Positions 16,443 to 26,614 of a DNA stretch of 51,079 nt are shown here, piece after piece. The first letter of the stretch is position 1. Each line of letters begins with the position of its first letter. The stretch covers positions 1-51,079 of the IMG/VR virus record IMGVR_UViG_3300028198_000454; one strand, given 5' to 3'. The position numbers and the translations under genes were made by a program. Below the pieces are notes generated by a model that saw only the letters and a program-made list of their open reading frames with translations, made no database searches and was not told where the DNA came from. Origin of the DNA: a virus (taxonomy: Duplodnaviria; Caudoviricetes).

Positions 16443-17959
16443 AGGTTAGTATCGCCATCCCCAGCTACTCTTTGCTCAGCGATATCAAAACGTTGCCTAA
16501 CTTGGTCGACGATATTTTGGAGAGACCCTCTACTTTCAACTGAAAAGTTGGAGACTTCAAAATTTAAATAGTTATAAGACCATTCTTCCCTATGGACTTC
16601 AGCGCCGTTATTCTCTTCTATGATAGGTCTGCGAATTAAGTCTTGGTGACCGGCCGCGTCCTTTCCTTGGAATCTTGTTTTTATAGGAAGGAGTTTATGA
16701 GTGCCGTAGTCCTGTCCGTCTACCGCTATTTCGTCAAGGGTCTTACGCCGAAATATTCCAACAAAACTAGCAAACCATTGAAGCCTATCAGAAAGGGAAA
16801 TCGCAGAACTATCATCAGTTAGGTTTCTACTGTTCCTGTTATGGCTTTCTCCTGACCTGTTCATCTGCATAGCGGTAATGATTGGCGCAGAAAGTTCTTC
16901 TGATATTCTTTTAAGTTTATCTATTTTTTCACCTATGGCTTGATGCTCTGCCCAGTTCTTGTCAACTTTTTCGCCAGTAAGCTTCACATAATCGTAAGCA
17001 ATAAGACATTTGTTTCCGCGCCCGACATGTTTCATATGCCAGCGACGAATTATTGCGCAGACCTCGTCTACGGTTTTGTTTCTTACGTGATAGTGAAAAT
17101 ATTTACTATCATTAAATTTAGATTCAAAGTTCTCTTGGTAGTCTCTGAATTTTTTGTACATTTCTTCATTCTTCCTCCAGTTGCCCGTTTCCAAATACCA
17201 GTGCGGGATTCCTGTTTCAGCCGCCGCCATTCTAAATTTTATTTCTTTAGTAGACATCTCTGTGTCGAGAACCAAAGCGGGAACCTTGTTTATAACGGAA
17301 GTCTTTAGGCAAATATCATTTATGAAAGTAGTTTTCCCTTGTGCGGGGCGGGAAACTATAGCGTATATATTTGCGTCCCTGAGTCCTCCAAAGAGTCTGT
17401 TAAATTCTGGATAGGGAGTTACTAGCCCCGTGTCGTCAGAAGGGTTCTCTCCCGCTTCTTCTACGTCGTCTAGTAAGCTTTCAAATACGTTTTCGGGGTT
17501 ATCGTCTAATTCGTAAGAAAGGATTTTTTGGGAATAAATAGAATCAGATTTTGCTATGATATCATCCGCGGAATCTTCTCTGGAATTTTTTACATAGTCC
17601 TGAATATCGCTTGCTGTTTCATCTATTTCCCTTCTGATACGATATTTTATTAGTTCTCTGGAATACTCCGGAATCGCTTTTGGCTTTGGTGCGGAAAGCT
17701 CTATCGCTTCCAAGTAATCATATATGCCTACCTCGTCTTTTGCTGTAATTCCTAGACTTAATATCTTATTAGATACGAGCACCCTGTCTATAGTTTCCCC
17801 TGCGATGTGACTATTTCTGATTACAGAAAAAATAGACTGATGAACTTCGTTGTAGAAGTCAGCTAAAGTAAGATAGCTATCTACTTCAGATAAAACATCT
17901 GGGTGTTTGAGGAGTCCGCCAAGAACGTACTTCTCAATTTGAATAGAATATAAAGACAT
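16439..17959 (-). CDS. dnaB: replicative DNA helicase
   Basis: SRPAQGKT, DTEM, DYVKL, AMQMNR. Confidence 0.93.
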   Translation of the reverse strand: MSLYSIQIEKYVLGGLLKHPDVLSEVDSYLTLADFYNEVHQSIFSVIRNSHIAGETIDRVLVSNKILSLGITAKDEVGIYDYLEAIELSAPKPKAIPEYSRELIKYRIRREIDETASDIQDYVKNSREDSADDIIAKSDSIYSQKILSYELDDNPENVFESLLDDVEEAGENPSDDTGLVTPYPEFNRLFGGLRDANIYAIVSRPAQGKTTFINDICLKTSVINKVPALVLDTEMSTKEIKFRMAAAETGIPHWYLETGNWRKNEEMYKKFRDYQENFESKFNDSKYFHYHVRNKTVDEVCAIIRRWHMKHVGRGNKCLIAYDYVKLTGEKVDKNWAEHQAIGEKIDKLKRISEELSAPIITAMQMNRSGESHNRNSRNLTDDSSAISLSDRLQWFASFVGIFRRKTLDEIAVDGQDYGTHKLLPIKTRFQGKDAAGHQDLIRRPIIEENNGAEVHREEWSYNYLNFEVSNFSVESRGSLQNIVDQVRQRFDIAEQRVAGDGDTNL

Positions 17960-17962
17960 TTA

Positions 17963-19249
17963 CTATCTATAGAATCTGTCCACTTCAAAAAAGTAGTCGA
18001 ATAGATTGGAGGGGGCCTTTAATCCTCCGATAGCAGTATAAACCGCCAAGCCCTCTTTTGCTCCTGCATAAATACCACGATGAACCGTAGAGTTGGAACC
18101 CATCATTCGACTAAGCTGCTCGAATCCGTGTTCTAGATTGGCCTGAGGTATATTGTCGAGGGAATTTTTATCCCCTATGATAACGCAAGCCGCAATATTG
18201 CCTGTTGAAGCGTCTATTCCGGCAAGGATGTTCTTTCTTAAATTGTCTCTGATAGCGTGAGAAATCCCAGTATCAGAAAAGTCTTTAATTGGCGTTGCGC
18301 CAAACATTATTATTCCAGAAGAAAAAATCGTATCCAGATCGGCCTTGTCAAAAGTCGTATAGGCCGATTCTTTAGCTGAAATTTTATTAAACAAGTGAAA
18401 GATCGAACAGATGCTGTTATTCGCAGTGGTCCAAAACTGATTAACGGATAGTTTCGGGTAAAGCTGCTTAATCTTTTCATTGTCTAGAACAATTAAAGGC
18501 GATATTACTTTTGCTTTTTGCAAGTCTATAAGCTTGCTGATAGTTTTTTTAGAATTATCCTGAACTTTGATTCCTTCTGCTCTAGTCGGGAGAGCGACTA
18601 CGCAACCAACTTTAGCGTCAGTATCTTTTGTCTCTTTACCTAGTGATTGATTAAGGTCGTGGCAGACTTCTATAACTTTAGCCACCCCTCCTGCGCCGGT
18701 TCCTCCCCCTGCCCCAGCGCAAACCAAGACTCTCTCGAAACCGCTACCGAAAGATTTTTTGAGAAAGTCAAGAATATCTTCGTATCTAGTCCTAAAGACT
18801 TCGTCTGCCGCGTCGGGGTTTTTGCCCGCGCCGCCTTCCCCTATTAAAAGTTTATTTTCGTCAGGTACTTTAATCAAGGAAAGGTCTTGTTTAGCAGTGT
18901 TGATAACGGCGACCCTGCGATACCCAAGATTCCAAAAAGACTCAGCTAGCCTTGAGCCTCCTTGCCCGACTCCTACGATAGCGAAATTAAAAGCTGCGTC
19001 GTCAAAGTTATCTTTTACGGAGTCCTCCACGGGCTCATCGTCAGGGAGCGGAATGTCTGGAAGATCTATTCCTAAATCAGTTACTTCAGCTGACGATATC
19101 CCGAGGGACTCTTTCCATTCCTCAGGAGTCGCGTCGCTTACGGGGACTGGAGCTTCTCCTGCGTTTAGCGATGGGGGCGCGTCAAAGCCCGGAAGCTCTG
19201 TGCTCTTTTTTTCGTTTGGATAGTAATCCGATATATTTGTGTCACTCAT
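17963..19249 (-). CDS. tubulin/FtsZ-family GTPase (PhuZ/TubZ-like)
   Basis: GVGQGGSRLA, GAGKNP, GAGGGTGAG, LDNEK, FDKADL. Confidence 0.9.
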   Translation of the reverse strand: MSDTNISDYYPNEKKSTELPGFDAPPSLNAGEAPVPVSDATPEEWKESLGISSAEVTDLGIDLPDIPLPDDEPVEDSVKDNFDDAAFNFAIVGVGQGGSRLAESFWNLGYRRVAVINTAKQDLSLIKVPDENKLLIGEGGAGKNPDAADEVFRTRYEDILDFLKKSFGSGFERVLVCAGAGGGTGAGGVAKVIEVCHDLNQSLGKETKDTDAKVGCVVALPTRAEGIKVQDNSKKTISKLIDLQKAKVISPLIVLDNEKIKQLYPKLSVNQFWTTANNSICSIFHLFNKISAKESAYTTFDKADLDTIFSSGIIMFGATPIKDFSDTGISHAIRDNLRKNILAGIDASTGNIAACVIIGDKNSLDNIPQANLEHGFEQLSRMMGSNSTVHRGIYAGAKEGLAVYTAIGGLKAPSNLFDYFFEVDRFYR

Positions 19250-19514
19250 CTTCGTAATCTTCCTCGTCGTTTCCTTCTATTCTGCTTGCTATGTTTTTTA
19301 AAAAGCTTTCTCTCGAAATTTCCTCCATTGCCTCTGACCAGTTTTTGATAAAATACTGCAAAGACATTGCATTTAAATCGTCATCTATTTGAGAGTGAAC
19401 CTGCGGTTTAGCTGATCCGTCGAAGCTAAACAGCACGTAGCCACCGTACGACATCTCGCTGAGGTTGTCGAGTAGGTTCTGAGGCATTGTACCGTACTGT
19501 ATTTTGTTGCTCAT
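19242..19514 (-). CDS. hypothetical protein
   Basis: 90 aa ORF overlapping the tubulin start. Confidence 0.75.
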   Translation of the reverse strand: MSNKIQYGTMPQNLLDNLSEMSYGGYVLFSFDGSAKPQVHSQIDDDLNAMSLQYFIKNWSEAMEEISRESFLKNIASRIEGNDEEDYEDE

Positions 19515-19535
19515 TGCGATATATTACACTTATAT

Positions 19536-19952
19536 TTAAATTTCTATTCCGAATCCTTCTAGAATATAGGATTTTGTAAGATTTGGGATGTCGTCCTTAT
19601 CTATTTCTAGAACCTTGAATTCGTTTAATTCTAACCAGCTTATTTTCTTCATATCTCTTTTTATTGAGTCTAGGTATTTTTGTCTTGAGTTGCCGTGAAA
19701 AAACTTATTAAATTGGTTATGTTGATCTCCTTGAACTTCCACTGCTATTTTACGCGTAAAATTTACCAAATCCACTTTTAGTCTTGTTCCGAAAACAGGA
19801 AATTCTTCGTAGCAAATATGATTCTCCCAGTAGTCTCTGAAAAAGCTTTTTGCTGTGAACTGTATTTTTGATCTGCATTTTTTGTCCCAGTCTACTTTGT
19901 ATTTGGTTACGTTTTTGCTTACTAGTCTTCCGTTAATATTAAAGAGCCTCAT
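19536..19952 (-). CDS. Vsr/DUF559-like endonuclease
   Basis: VDL...IAVEVQGDQH...RD..K. Confidence 0.75.
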   Translation of the reverse strand: MRLFNINGRLVSKNVTKYKVDWDKKCRSKIQFTAKSFFRDYWENHICYEEFPVFGTRLKVDLVNFTRKIAVEVQGDQHNQFNKFFHGNSRQKYLDSIKRDMKKISWLELNEFKVLEIDKDDIPNLTKSYILEGFGIEI

Positions 19953-21046
19953 ACCGCCAAAGTCAACGCGCTTTTAAGTTTTTGAAACAAAAATTCGCAC
20001 AACTTTGGGTTTTCTTCGAGATAAGCTGTAAAAGCGTCTTCTCCTTGGATTTTTTCTGGTATCTCTAAGTTGTTAGATTTTAATTCTTGGACCAACTTTT
20101 CGTCAACAGTTACCCAAGAGCCTGATCTTTTTACAAATCCCCATTTAACTAAAGTATTAAAAACTTCATACTCAACCCAAATGCTTTTGCCATTAGTTCT
20201 CCCGTATTTTATTGGATACTTAACTTCCATTCCTGTTGTCTCGTTGGGGGTCTTACGAAAAACTACCTTGCACCAGTGTCCGCTTGCAGCGTCTTCTTTG
20301 GTGGCTTTAGGGTCTTTTATTTGCTCCTTACTATATCTTGGTTGAAACTCTAGAATCCAATCCGAGAAGTGCAATAAGGCGTTTCCTCCCGAAGCATTCG
20401 TAAGCTTTGGGTCGGTTTTTTCGTAAGGGTTAATACTAACCTTGCTTCTTACTTGAGAAATTAAGAAACAGATATGACCTCTGGTACTAATCGGTAGGGC
20501 CATTCTTTTGAGAAAGTTAGAACTTAGCACCGCGCCTCCTGCAACCTTGTTAGATTCGTTATAAGAACGATCAACATCGCCTCTTGAGACGAGAGCGTCC
20601 ATTGAGTCAATTATGAAAAAATATTTTTTATTAGTCGGGTTATCGTTTATTAAGTGTTCCATTAGGGTTAAAACACTTTCATAAATGTTAGATTTATAAA
20701 CAAACCACTTCTCATCAGAAGTGTCTACCCCTGACCTTTCGATCATTTCGGGAGACAATCGCCCTTCCGCTTTGACATAAACGACCATAGAGTTATCGAC
20801 GTCTTTTTGGAAGTTTCTAGCAAAAGATAAGGCGCAAGAGGTTTTACCCCCCTCTGAAACCCCACTAGCGCGGATGATTGAGGCACGAAGCCCTCCTGAC
20901 ATGTTCATGTCTAGGATCAAGCTGCCGCTAGATACAATATAATCCGTCTCTGTCTCAAAGTTGTAGTGGTCCTGCTTGTGCTCTTTGAGGTATTGCTGGA
21001 TTTGACCCACTGGGCCTAACTGGTCATTCTTTTTTTTTGCTGCCAT
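19949..21046 (-). CDS. recA: RecA/UvsX-like recombinase
   Basis: GVSEGGKT, FIIDSM, ISQVR, ASGGNALLH. Confidence 0.9.
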   Translation of the reverse strand: MAAKKKNDQLGPVGQIQQYLKEHKQDHYNFETETDYIVSSGSLILDMNMSGGLRASIIRASGVSEGGKTSCALSFARNFQKDVDNSMVVYVKAEGRLSPEMIERSGVDTSDEKWFVYKSNIYESVLTLMEHLINDNPTNKKYFFIIDSMDALVSRGDVDRSYNESNKVAGGAVLSSNFLKRMALPISTRGHICFLISQVRSKVSINPYEKTDPKLTNASGGNALLHFSDWILEFQPRYSKEQIKDPKATKEDAASGHWCKVVFRKTPNETTGMEVKYPIKYGRTNGKSIWVEYEVFNTLVKWGFVKRSGSWVTVDEKLVQELKSNNLEIPEKIQGEDAFTAYLEENPKLCEFLFQKLKSALTLAV

Positions 21047-21398
21047 CTCTTAAAAATTCTAAAAGGCTTTTTGTTTTATTTATCTTCTTGGCTTTGCCGA
21101 TCTTGCGACTTCCAATAGAATATTTCTTTTCTGCTACTAAGTCAAGTTTAAATTTGTTCCACTCGGTCAATACGTATTCTTTTCCTCTTGGAGTAAGAAA
21201 CCAAAGCAAAGAGTCCATTTCAAAGGGTATGTTCATCCTAAACCAAAATCTTTTATTGGGGTATTTGGCTAAAAGCTTCTTGGTTGTTCCTAATTCTCTC
21301 ATTCGGGAGTTTTTATCTTTCCATATTCCGTTTGGGTCTTTTAAAAATTTTTCAATTATGAGCTGATTTATAGTTGGATTTTTTTTGCTTCTCCGCAT
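21024..21398 (-). CDS. hypothetical basic protein
   Basis: 124 aa ORF coupled to recA. Confidence 0.7.
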   Translation of the reverse strand: MRRSKKNPTINQLIIEKFLKDPNGIWKDKNSRMRELGTTKKLLAKYPNKRFWFRMNIPFEMDSLLWFLTPRGKEYVLTEWNKFKLDLVAEKKYSIGSRKIGKAKKINKTKSLLEFLRDGSKKKE

Positions 21399-21494
21399 AC
21401 GCGTCTAGTATTTTTGAAAATTTTACTGAGAGACCCTTTTTCGGGGAATGTTTCGTTTTTTTTGTTTTTTTTCAGTTTCCTTCACTAGGGAATT

Positions 21495-22220
21495 CTATTG
21501 GTATTCTTCTTCGCTGTCAAGATGTTTATATATAAAGTCGTGTTTCCCGTGTCTTTCAACTAAAGCGTATCCTAAATTTTTAAAAAAATTATCTATCGTT
21601 TCATCGAGAACGTTAAACCTCTCGTGCCAGCATCTTTCCATCCAAATTAAAGGTTCGTGCTTCTTGATTGTTTCCTCGGCCCCTAAGAGAGCGAAGTATT
21701 CGTATCCTTCTAAATCTAATTGTATAAAATCACAAAAATCTAGTTTAAGGTCGTCTATTAACATAGTGGGCACCTTGGCACTTGAGTTTTCTTGAAATAG
21801 CCTAAACTTTTCTGTAACGGGGTTGACGTAATCTGCGCCAGATCCTCCTTTTCCGTGATCTTTAGACATTTCAACCAAACCGTGTCTGTCTCCCAAGCAG
21901 GATTGAAACTTGTGCACGTTTCCTTCTGGCAAGTTTAAGCATATGCATACGAAACTGCTAGGGTCGGGCTCAAAAACGTAAACGTCTTTGAAGTGGTTCG
22001 CTACCTCTCTCGTGACCCAGCCGCAGTTGCCTCCGGCTTGAATAGCAACGCGATTATTTTTTAAATAAGGTAAAGCTAGATCTAGAAAATTAGTATTAGT
22101 TTCTTTTTGGTAACTGTATCCTAGCGGATCTCCGTCGCTCCACCACATATCGTCATTTGTAAAATGAACTCTAGACAGTGTTTTGTTTTTTGTTTTAAAA
22201 TATTCTTTTTTATAGTCCAT
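21495..22220 (-). CDS. FkbM-family methyltransferase
   Basis: IQAGGNCG, VFEPDP, IQLDLEGYE; start taken at MDYKK. Confidence 0.88.
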   Translation of the reverse strand: MDYKKEYFKTKNKTLSRVHFTNDDMWWSDGDPLGYSYQKETNTNFLDLALPYLKNNRVAIQAGGNCGWVTREVANHFKDVYVFEPDPSSFVCICLNLPEGNVHKFQSCLGDRHGLVEMSKDHGKGGSGADYVNPVTEKFRLFQENSSAKVPTMLIDDLKLDFCDFIQLDLEGYEYFALLGAEETIKKHEPLIWMERCWHERFNVLDETIDNFFKNLGYALVERHGKHDFIYKHLDSEEEYQ

Positions 22221-23163
22221 GAGTAGATTCGAATTCCCTTTCAAAAATATAGTTTTTATATTTATCCATGTTGTCAAGCAGGTACTTAGGGTGCGTATTG
22301 TAGCTAATCTTTTTCTTAGTTAGTTTATAATCTTGAAACATCCTGTCTAAAGCTTGTTTTTTTGATGTGTGGTTGAATTTTGTTTCTTGTCCGCTAATAG
22401 CGTCTCTGGAATGCCCCCAGCTTTTCTGCTTTTCCAAGACTTTTTCTCCATCGGTGTCGTCCATAAAGCTAAAATGCCAACCAGCGTTAGGGCCTATGCA
22501 ATCGTGGGTATGCATAGAGAGGCATCTGCTGGTTGTGGGGAGGAGATTTTTAAAGTAAGAATACTCGGTTATTTGGCCGACGTCTTGATACTGGCTCCAT
22601 AAATTGAATTTATAGACATACATGTTAAGCTTAAAGCCGAAAGTAGGTCTCGTAAATATTTGATGGCCGTTTTTGTCTGATACAAAGCGTTCTCCAAACA
22701 TTTTTAAAGGGTATGTTTTTTCTTTGTCTTGGTTAAAAATAACCAAAGCCTTATTAAAAGATTCTTTTTCTATTATTTCATCTAACGAGTTGTTTAATAT
22801 GATATCGTCATCTTTTGCCCCTAAATCTTGAAGAACTTTTACGGAATAGTTACCGTGAAAATCTGAGCGAATCCAGTCATCATTATTCTTCCCTTCTATA
22901 GACCTATCTCTCCTAGAGTAATCGTCAAGCAGAAATGGGTATTTTTTTAATTCGTCCGCAGTATTGTCGTAGCTTATATATATTAGCTTTTCTTTATATT
23001 TTTTAAACCTATCATGGTCGAAGTTTAGAGGCTTTCGATATCCTGTGTGAGCTTCTTTAGACTCTACAACTATAAAATTATCGACAAAATCCCAGTGTTG
23101 GTTTAGCCTTAGCTCATAAAGATCGTTCTCGTTAAAGAACATGCTTAAGTCGTAAACTTTCAT
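22210..23163 (-). CDS. glycosyltransferase family 17-like
   Basis: FFNE.D..ELRL...VD.FIVVES..HTG..KPL, LDEI, GWHFSF. Confidence 0.85.
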   Translation of the reverse strand: MKVYDLSMFFNENDLYELRLNQHWDFVDNFIVVESKEAHTGYRKPLNFDHDRFKKYKEKLIYISYDNTADELKKYPFLLDDYSRRDRSIEGKNNDDWIRSDFHGNYSVKVLQDLGAKDDDIILNNSLDEIIEKESFNKALVIFNQDKEKTYPLKMFGERFVSDKNGHQIFTRPTFGFKLNMYVYKFNLWSQYQDVGQITEYSYFKNLLPTTSRCLSMHTHDCIGPNAGWHFSFMDDTDGEKVLEKQKSWGHSRDAISGQETKFNHTSKKQALDRMFQDYKLTKKKISYNTHPKYLLDNMDKYKNYIFEREFESTHGL

Positions 23164-23166
23164 TTA

Positions 23167-23832
23167 TTAGTTTATAAATTCAGCTAACGTGTCAACGCAT
23201 TCATTGAAAGTCGCCCCTTTTTTACTTATATCCATAATGTTTTCCATAGGGATAGAATCCTCTTTAATCCACCAATCTTCCCAAGGGTTGCCGTCTTCAA
23301 AGCTTACATCCTCAAAAAGCATTACATACCCTCTTATTAAAAGCATAGCTCTAGTGGTGTCACAGGTGCTTCTGCCGTATTTAAAAGCTTCGTGCTCTAA
23401 GGTCATAGCTTTAAACTCTATGCCTGCATCTAGAATTCTCTCTAAAGCTGCCGCAGCTAAGTTTGTCGTTCCGTCCACATCCAAAGATATATAGTCAACT
23501 TCTTTAGGGCTGTGCTGTTTAAGTAAGTCGGTAAACTCGGAAGAAGTCGCGTCTATTTGATAAAAAGGCGTGTTTCTGTATTTATACCAATCTTCGTCCA
23601 CAGCAACGTCGCCTATGTCAAAAGCCAAACCTTCCCAATTATAAAAATTTGCTAAAATAGAAGTATTGTTGCATCCTAAAGGACCGGCACAACCCACATC
23701 TAAAAAATAACCCGGTTCGTTGTATACATAATCAGGCTGGCTAGCTAGAAGGTGGCAAATAAATTCATCTTGTCTTTCGCAAGAAAATTTTCTACCAGCA
23801 GCTTCAGTTATTTCCGAAAAGCTTTTTAACAT
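23167..23832 (-). CDS. FkbM-like methyltransferase
   Basis: QD.F, FLDVG, NNT, DYISLDVD, EDWW. Confidence 0.75.
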   Translation of the reverse strand: MLKSFSEITEAAGRKFSCERQDEFICHLLASQPDYVYNEPGYFLDVGCAGPLGCNNTSILANFYNWEGLAFDIGDVAVDEDWYKYRNTPFYQIDATSSEFTDLLKQHSPKEVDYISLDVDGTTNLAAAALERILDAGIEFKAMTLEHEAFKYGRSTCDTTRAMLLIRGYVMLFEDVSFEDGNPWEDWWIKEDSIPMENIMDISKKGATFNECVDTLAEFIN

Positions 23833-24866
23833 TCAAGCTTTTCCGCCAAGACGTCCGCTACGGTCATTCTTTTTACTAAATCCTCAAAAGAGATTTCAGG
23901 TTTCCATCCGAGCTCTTTACGGATAGGGGTAGAGTCTCCGTAAAGAAGGTCTACTTCCGCTGGCCTATAGAAGTCCTCATTGATTTCGGCCAAGGGGGTA
24001 TTTTCTTGAAATAGCCTAAACTTTTCTTCTAGGCCTTCTCCGCTCCAAAGCCCCGGAATACCGGCGACGCCGAAGGCTAAGCTTACAAATTCTTTAACAG
24101 AGTGAGTTTCGTTGCTGGATAAGACATATTCTTTTGGCTGGTCTTGGTTTAGCATCAGCCATACAGCCTTTACAAAGTCTTCTGAATCGGACCAGTCTCG
24201 TCTTGCTTTTACGTTTCCTAATTGGAGGGGTTTAAATTTTTCGCCCTTGTCGATAGCCGCTTTTATTCTAGCTACCCCTTTGGTTATTTTTCTAGTAACA
24301 AACTCTTCCCCTCTTCTTAGCCCTTCGTGATTAAAGAGTATGCTATGTATAGCAAACATATCGTAAGATTCTCTGTAGACCTTGACAATATGGCGAGCAG
24401 CCGCCTTAGCGGCTCCGTAAGGGCTTCTGGCTTTAATTGGGTGCTTGATATCCTGCGGGCTATAGTCTACATCCCCGAGTTCCTCTGAGCTTCCAGCGCT
24501 ATAAAACCGACAATCCGGTTTGAATTTTCTTAAAGCTTCCAAGCACCTGATCACGCCGAGAGTATTAACGTCAAAAACCTGTAGGGGCATGTCCCAGCTA
24601 CAGCCAACGAAAGAATTCGCTCCGAAGTTAATGAAAAAATCTGGCTGTATTTCTTTTACGAGCTTATCTATTGATACTTCGTCCGTTAAATCTCCGCATA
24701 CTAAATTAAAGTTTTCATGCTCCTTGAAGGAGCTAATGTTACCGAAGTTTGCATTAGAGGTTCTTCTCATCATGCCGAAAACTTCGACTTTGCCTAGGTT
24801 TAGCAAGTATTCGGCCATATTTGCGCCATCTTGCCCTAGGATACCTGTAATTAGTACTTTAAGCAT
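23826..24866 (-). CDS. gmd: GDP-mannose 4,6-dehydratase
   Basis: ITGILGQDG, RSPYGAAK, LFNHE, FVTRKIT, RDW, RPAEVDLL. Confidence 0.95.
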   Translation of the reverse strand: MLKVLITGILGQDGANMAEYLLNLGKVEVFGMMRRTSNANFGNISSFKEHENFNLVCGDLTDEVSIDKLVKEIQPDFFINFGANSFVGCSWDMPLQVFDVNTLGVIRCLEALRKFKPDCRFYSAGSSEELGDVDYSPQDIKHPIKARSPYGAAKAAARHIVKVYRESYDMFAIHSILFNHEGLRRGEEFVTRKITKGVARIKAAIDKGEKFKPLQLGNVKARRDWSDSEDFVKAVWLMLNQDQPKEYVLSSNETHSVKEFVSLAFGVAGIPGLWSGEGLEEKFRLFQENTPLAEINEDFYRPAEVDLLYGDSTPIRKELGWKPEISFEDLVKRMTVADVLAEKLEC

Positions 24867-24910
24867 TACAGGTTATTTTATGAAATAATCTAGTTCATTT
24901 CAAATAAAAA

Positions 24911-25225
24911 TTACACCCCGAAAGATTTGCCGCAGCCGCAAGACGCTGCGGCTTTAGGATTTACAAAATCAAATCCAGACTTGGCGAAACCTGACTCATA
25001 ATTTACGACAGTCTCTTCTAGCATAAAGGAACTCTTTTTATCGATGCAAATAGTTACTCCGTACTCCTCGAATTCTATTATCGAATCGCCTTCCCTTGGC
25101 TGCTCCTCTACTTTTACATCATATAAAAAACCAGAACAACCACCTCCTGTAACAGAAACCCTAACAAGGACACTATCCCCTTGTTCAGACATAGCTTTTA
25201 AAGCGTTTTCAGTGAAGCTTATCAT
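24911..25225 (-). CDS. iscA: IscA/HesB iron-sulfur cluster carrier
   Basis: GGGCSG ... CGCGKSF. Confidence 0.92.
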   Translation of the reverse strand: MISFTENALKAMSEQGDSVLVRVSVTGGGCSGFLYDVKVEEQPREGDSIIEFEEYGVTICIDKKSSFMLEETVVNYESGFAKSGFDFVNPKAAASCGCGKSFGV

Positions 25226-26613
25226 TAAGTGGCCCTCTCCATCGAGTCTTTGACTGGATCGAACGGCCTGATCTTTGCGCCCTTAACGGTAATGAGGGGA
25301 GCGTTTTTCCAAGTCTCATTTTCTTTGCCGCAGCCGGAATCTCTTTTAACGTCGCCCATGTTCCCTTGATCTAGGAAATCGTCAGAGTTGAGTACTCTAT
25401 CATACCTAACGGGAACTTCAGAATCGCCATAAGACTTAGAAATAACATTCTCAATAAAGCCTTTGTCTACTCCGCAAATACAAGGCATGTTTTTGCGAGG
25501 GTCAAACCACTTCATATTTAAAGCTCTACCAACAATATCGCCTAGGGGCTCTTCGAAAAAATTACCCAACGAAACATGTTGATATGGACAAGGCATAATA
25601 TCTCCATAACGAGAAACCGGAAGAATTCTTTTAACAGCAATACATCCGATATCTCTACCGTAAGAAGGCGTCATGTGAGTAAAGATATCATATTCTTCTT
25701 CAAATTGCTGAAGTATTTTACCTTCTGTCTCTGTCATCATTTGATCAGTGACATTTTCGAAAGCCCCAACAGGCTTAGCGTATACAACGTAAGTTCCCAC
25801 CTGCTTCTTTTTGGCGAATTCTAAAAAGTCTCTCCATTCTTCAGTATAGATTCTATCTTTCCAGATTACTGTAGAGAGGATAACGTGCAGATCAGCTTCT
25901 TTACATGCGTCGATAGCGCGCATGACTCTTTCCCAAGATCCCGGCGCTCTTCTAAAAGTATCGTGATCTTTAGCGGTAGCTCCGTCTAAACTCAACTGAA
26001 CTTTATCTACCCCGATCTTCTTAAGGTGCTTTGCTTTTTTGTGATCTAAGTGCCAGCCATTAGAGTCTGTTACTAGATAAAATTTAGAAGGATCAATAGC
26101 TTCTACTAGCTGGTCGTACTCTTTAATGATCAGGGGCTCGCCTCCTGTGATAACAAAGTTAGCTAAACCCAGCTCATCCGCCTCTTTAGAAAGCCTTCTG
26201 ACGTCTTCTAGTTCAAACTTTCTTCTGCCACTAGCTTTTTCCCAGTTTTTGGGGACATAAAATTTATCAATACAGCAATGCTCACAATCAAAATTACAAA
26301 GATAGTCATACTGGAACTGGATGATAGCTATGCTTTCTCCCTCTGAGATTTTGCGCGGAAAGTCCATCATTTTCTTATAAACGTGAGGCTTGTAAGACTT
26401 TAGCCAATTTTGCCGAAGACCTTCGTCGGAAACTTCGGTAGCTTGCATGACTTTCCCTTCTCGGATATTGGCGAGCTGTTCGTCAGAAAGCGTCCCTTTT
26501 TCTTGTGTGAGGCGAGCGATTTCTTGCAGCTCATCCTCAGACCACATGGGAGGAGCGTCGTGAACATTCCCTTCGAGAGGGTTGTGGAACATTGCGTTAT
26601 GAGAGTTGGCCAT
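25225..26613 (-). CDS. radical SAM / SPASM-twitch protein
   Basis: CNFDCEHC, TGGEP, C...GDIMPCP. Confidence 0.9.
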   Translation of the reverse strand: MANSHNAMFHNPLEGNVHDAPPMWSEDELQEIARLTQEKGTLSDEQLANIREGKVMQATEVSDEGLRQNWLKSYKPHVYKKMMDFPRKISEGESIAIIQFQYDYLCNFDCEHCCIDKFYVPKNWEKASGRRKFELEDVRRLSKEADELGLANFVITGGEPLIIKEYDQLVEAIDPSKFYLVTDSNGWHLDHKKAKHLKKIGVDKVQLSLDGATAKDHDTFRRAPGSWERVMRAIDACKEADLHVILSTVIWKDRIYTEEWRDFLEFAKKKQVGTYVVYAKPVGAFENVTDQMMTETEGKILQQFEEEYDIFTHMTPSYGRDIGCIAVKRILPVSRYGDIMPCPYQHVSLGNFFEEPLGDIVGRALNMKWFDPRKNMPCICGVDKGFIENVISKSYGDSEVPVRYDRVLNSDDFLDQGNMGDVKRDSGCGKENETWKNAPLITVKGAKIRPFDPVKDSMERAT

Positions 26614-26614
26614 A

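Noticed and set aside
17963-19249. Bacterial cell-division ftsZ
   Set aside because: No dcw cluster or FtsZ C-terminal core peptide; the context is a phage-like replisome.
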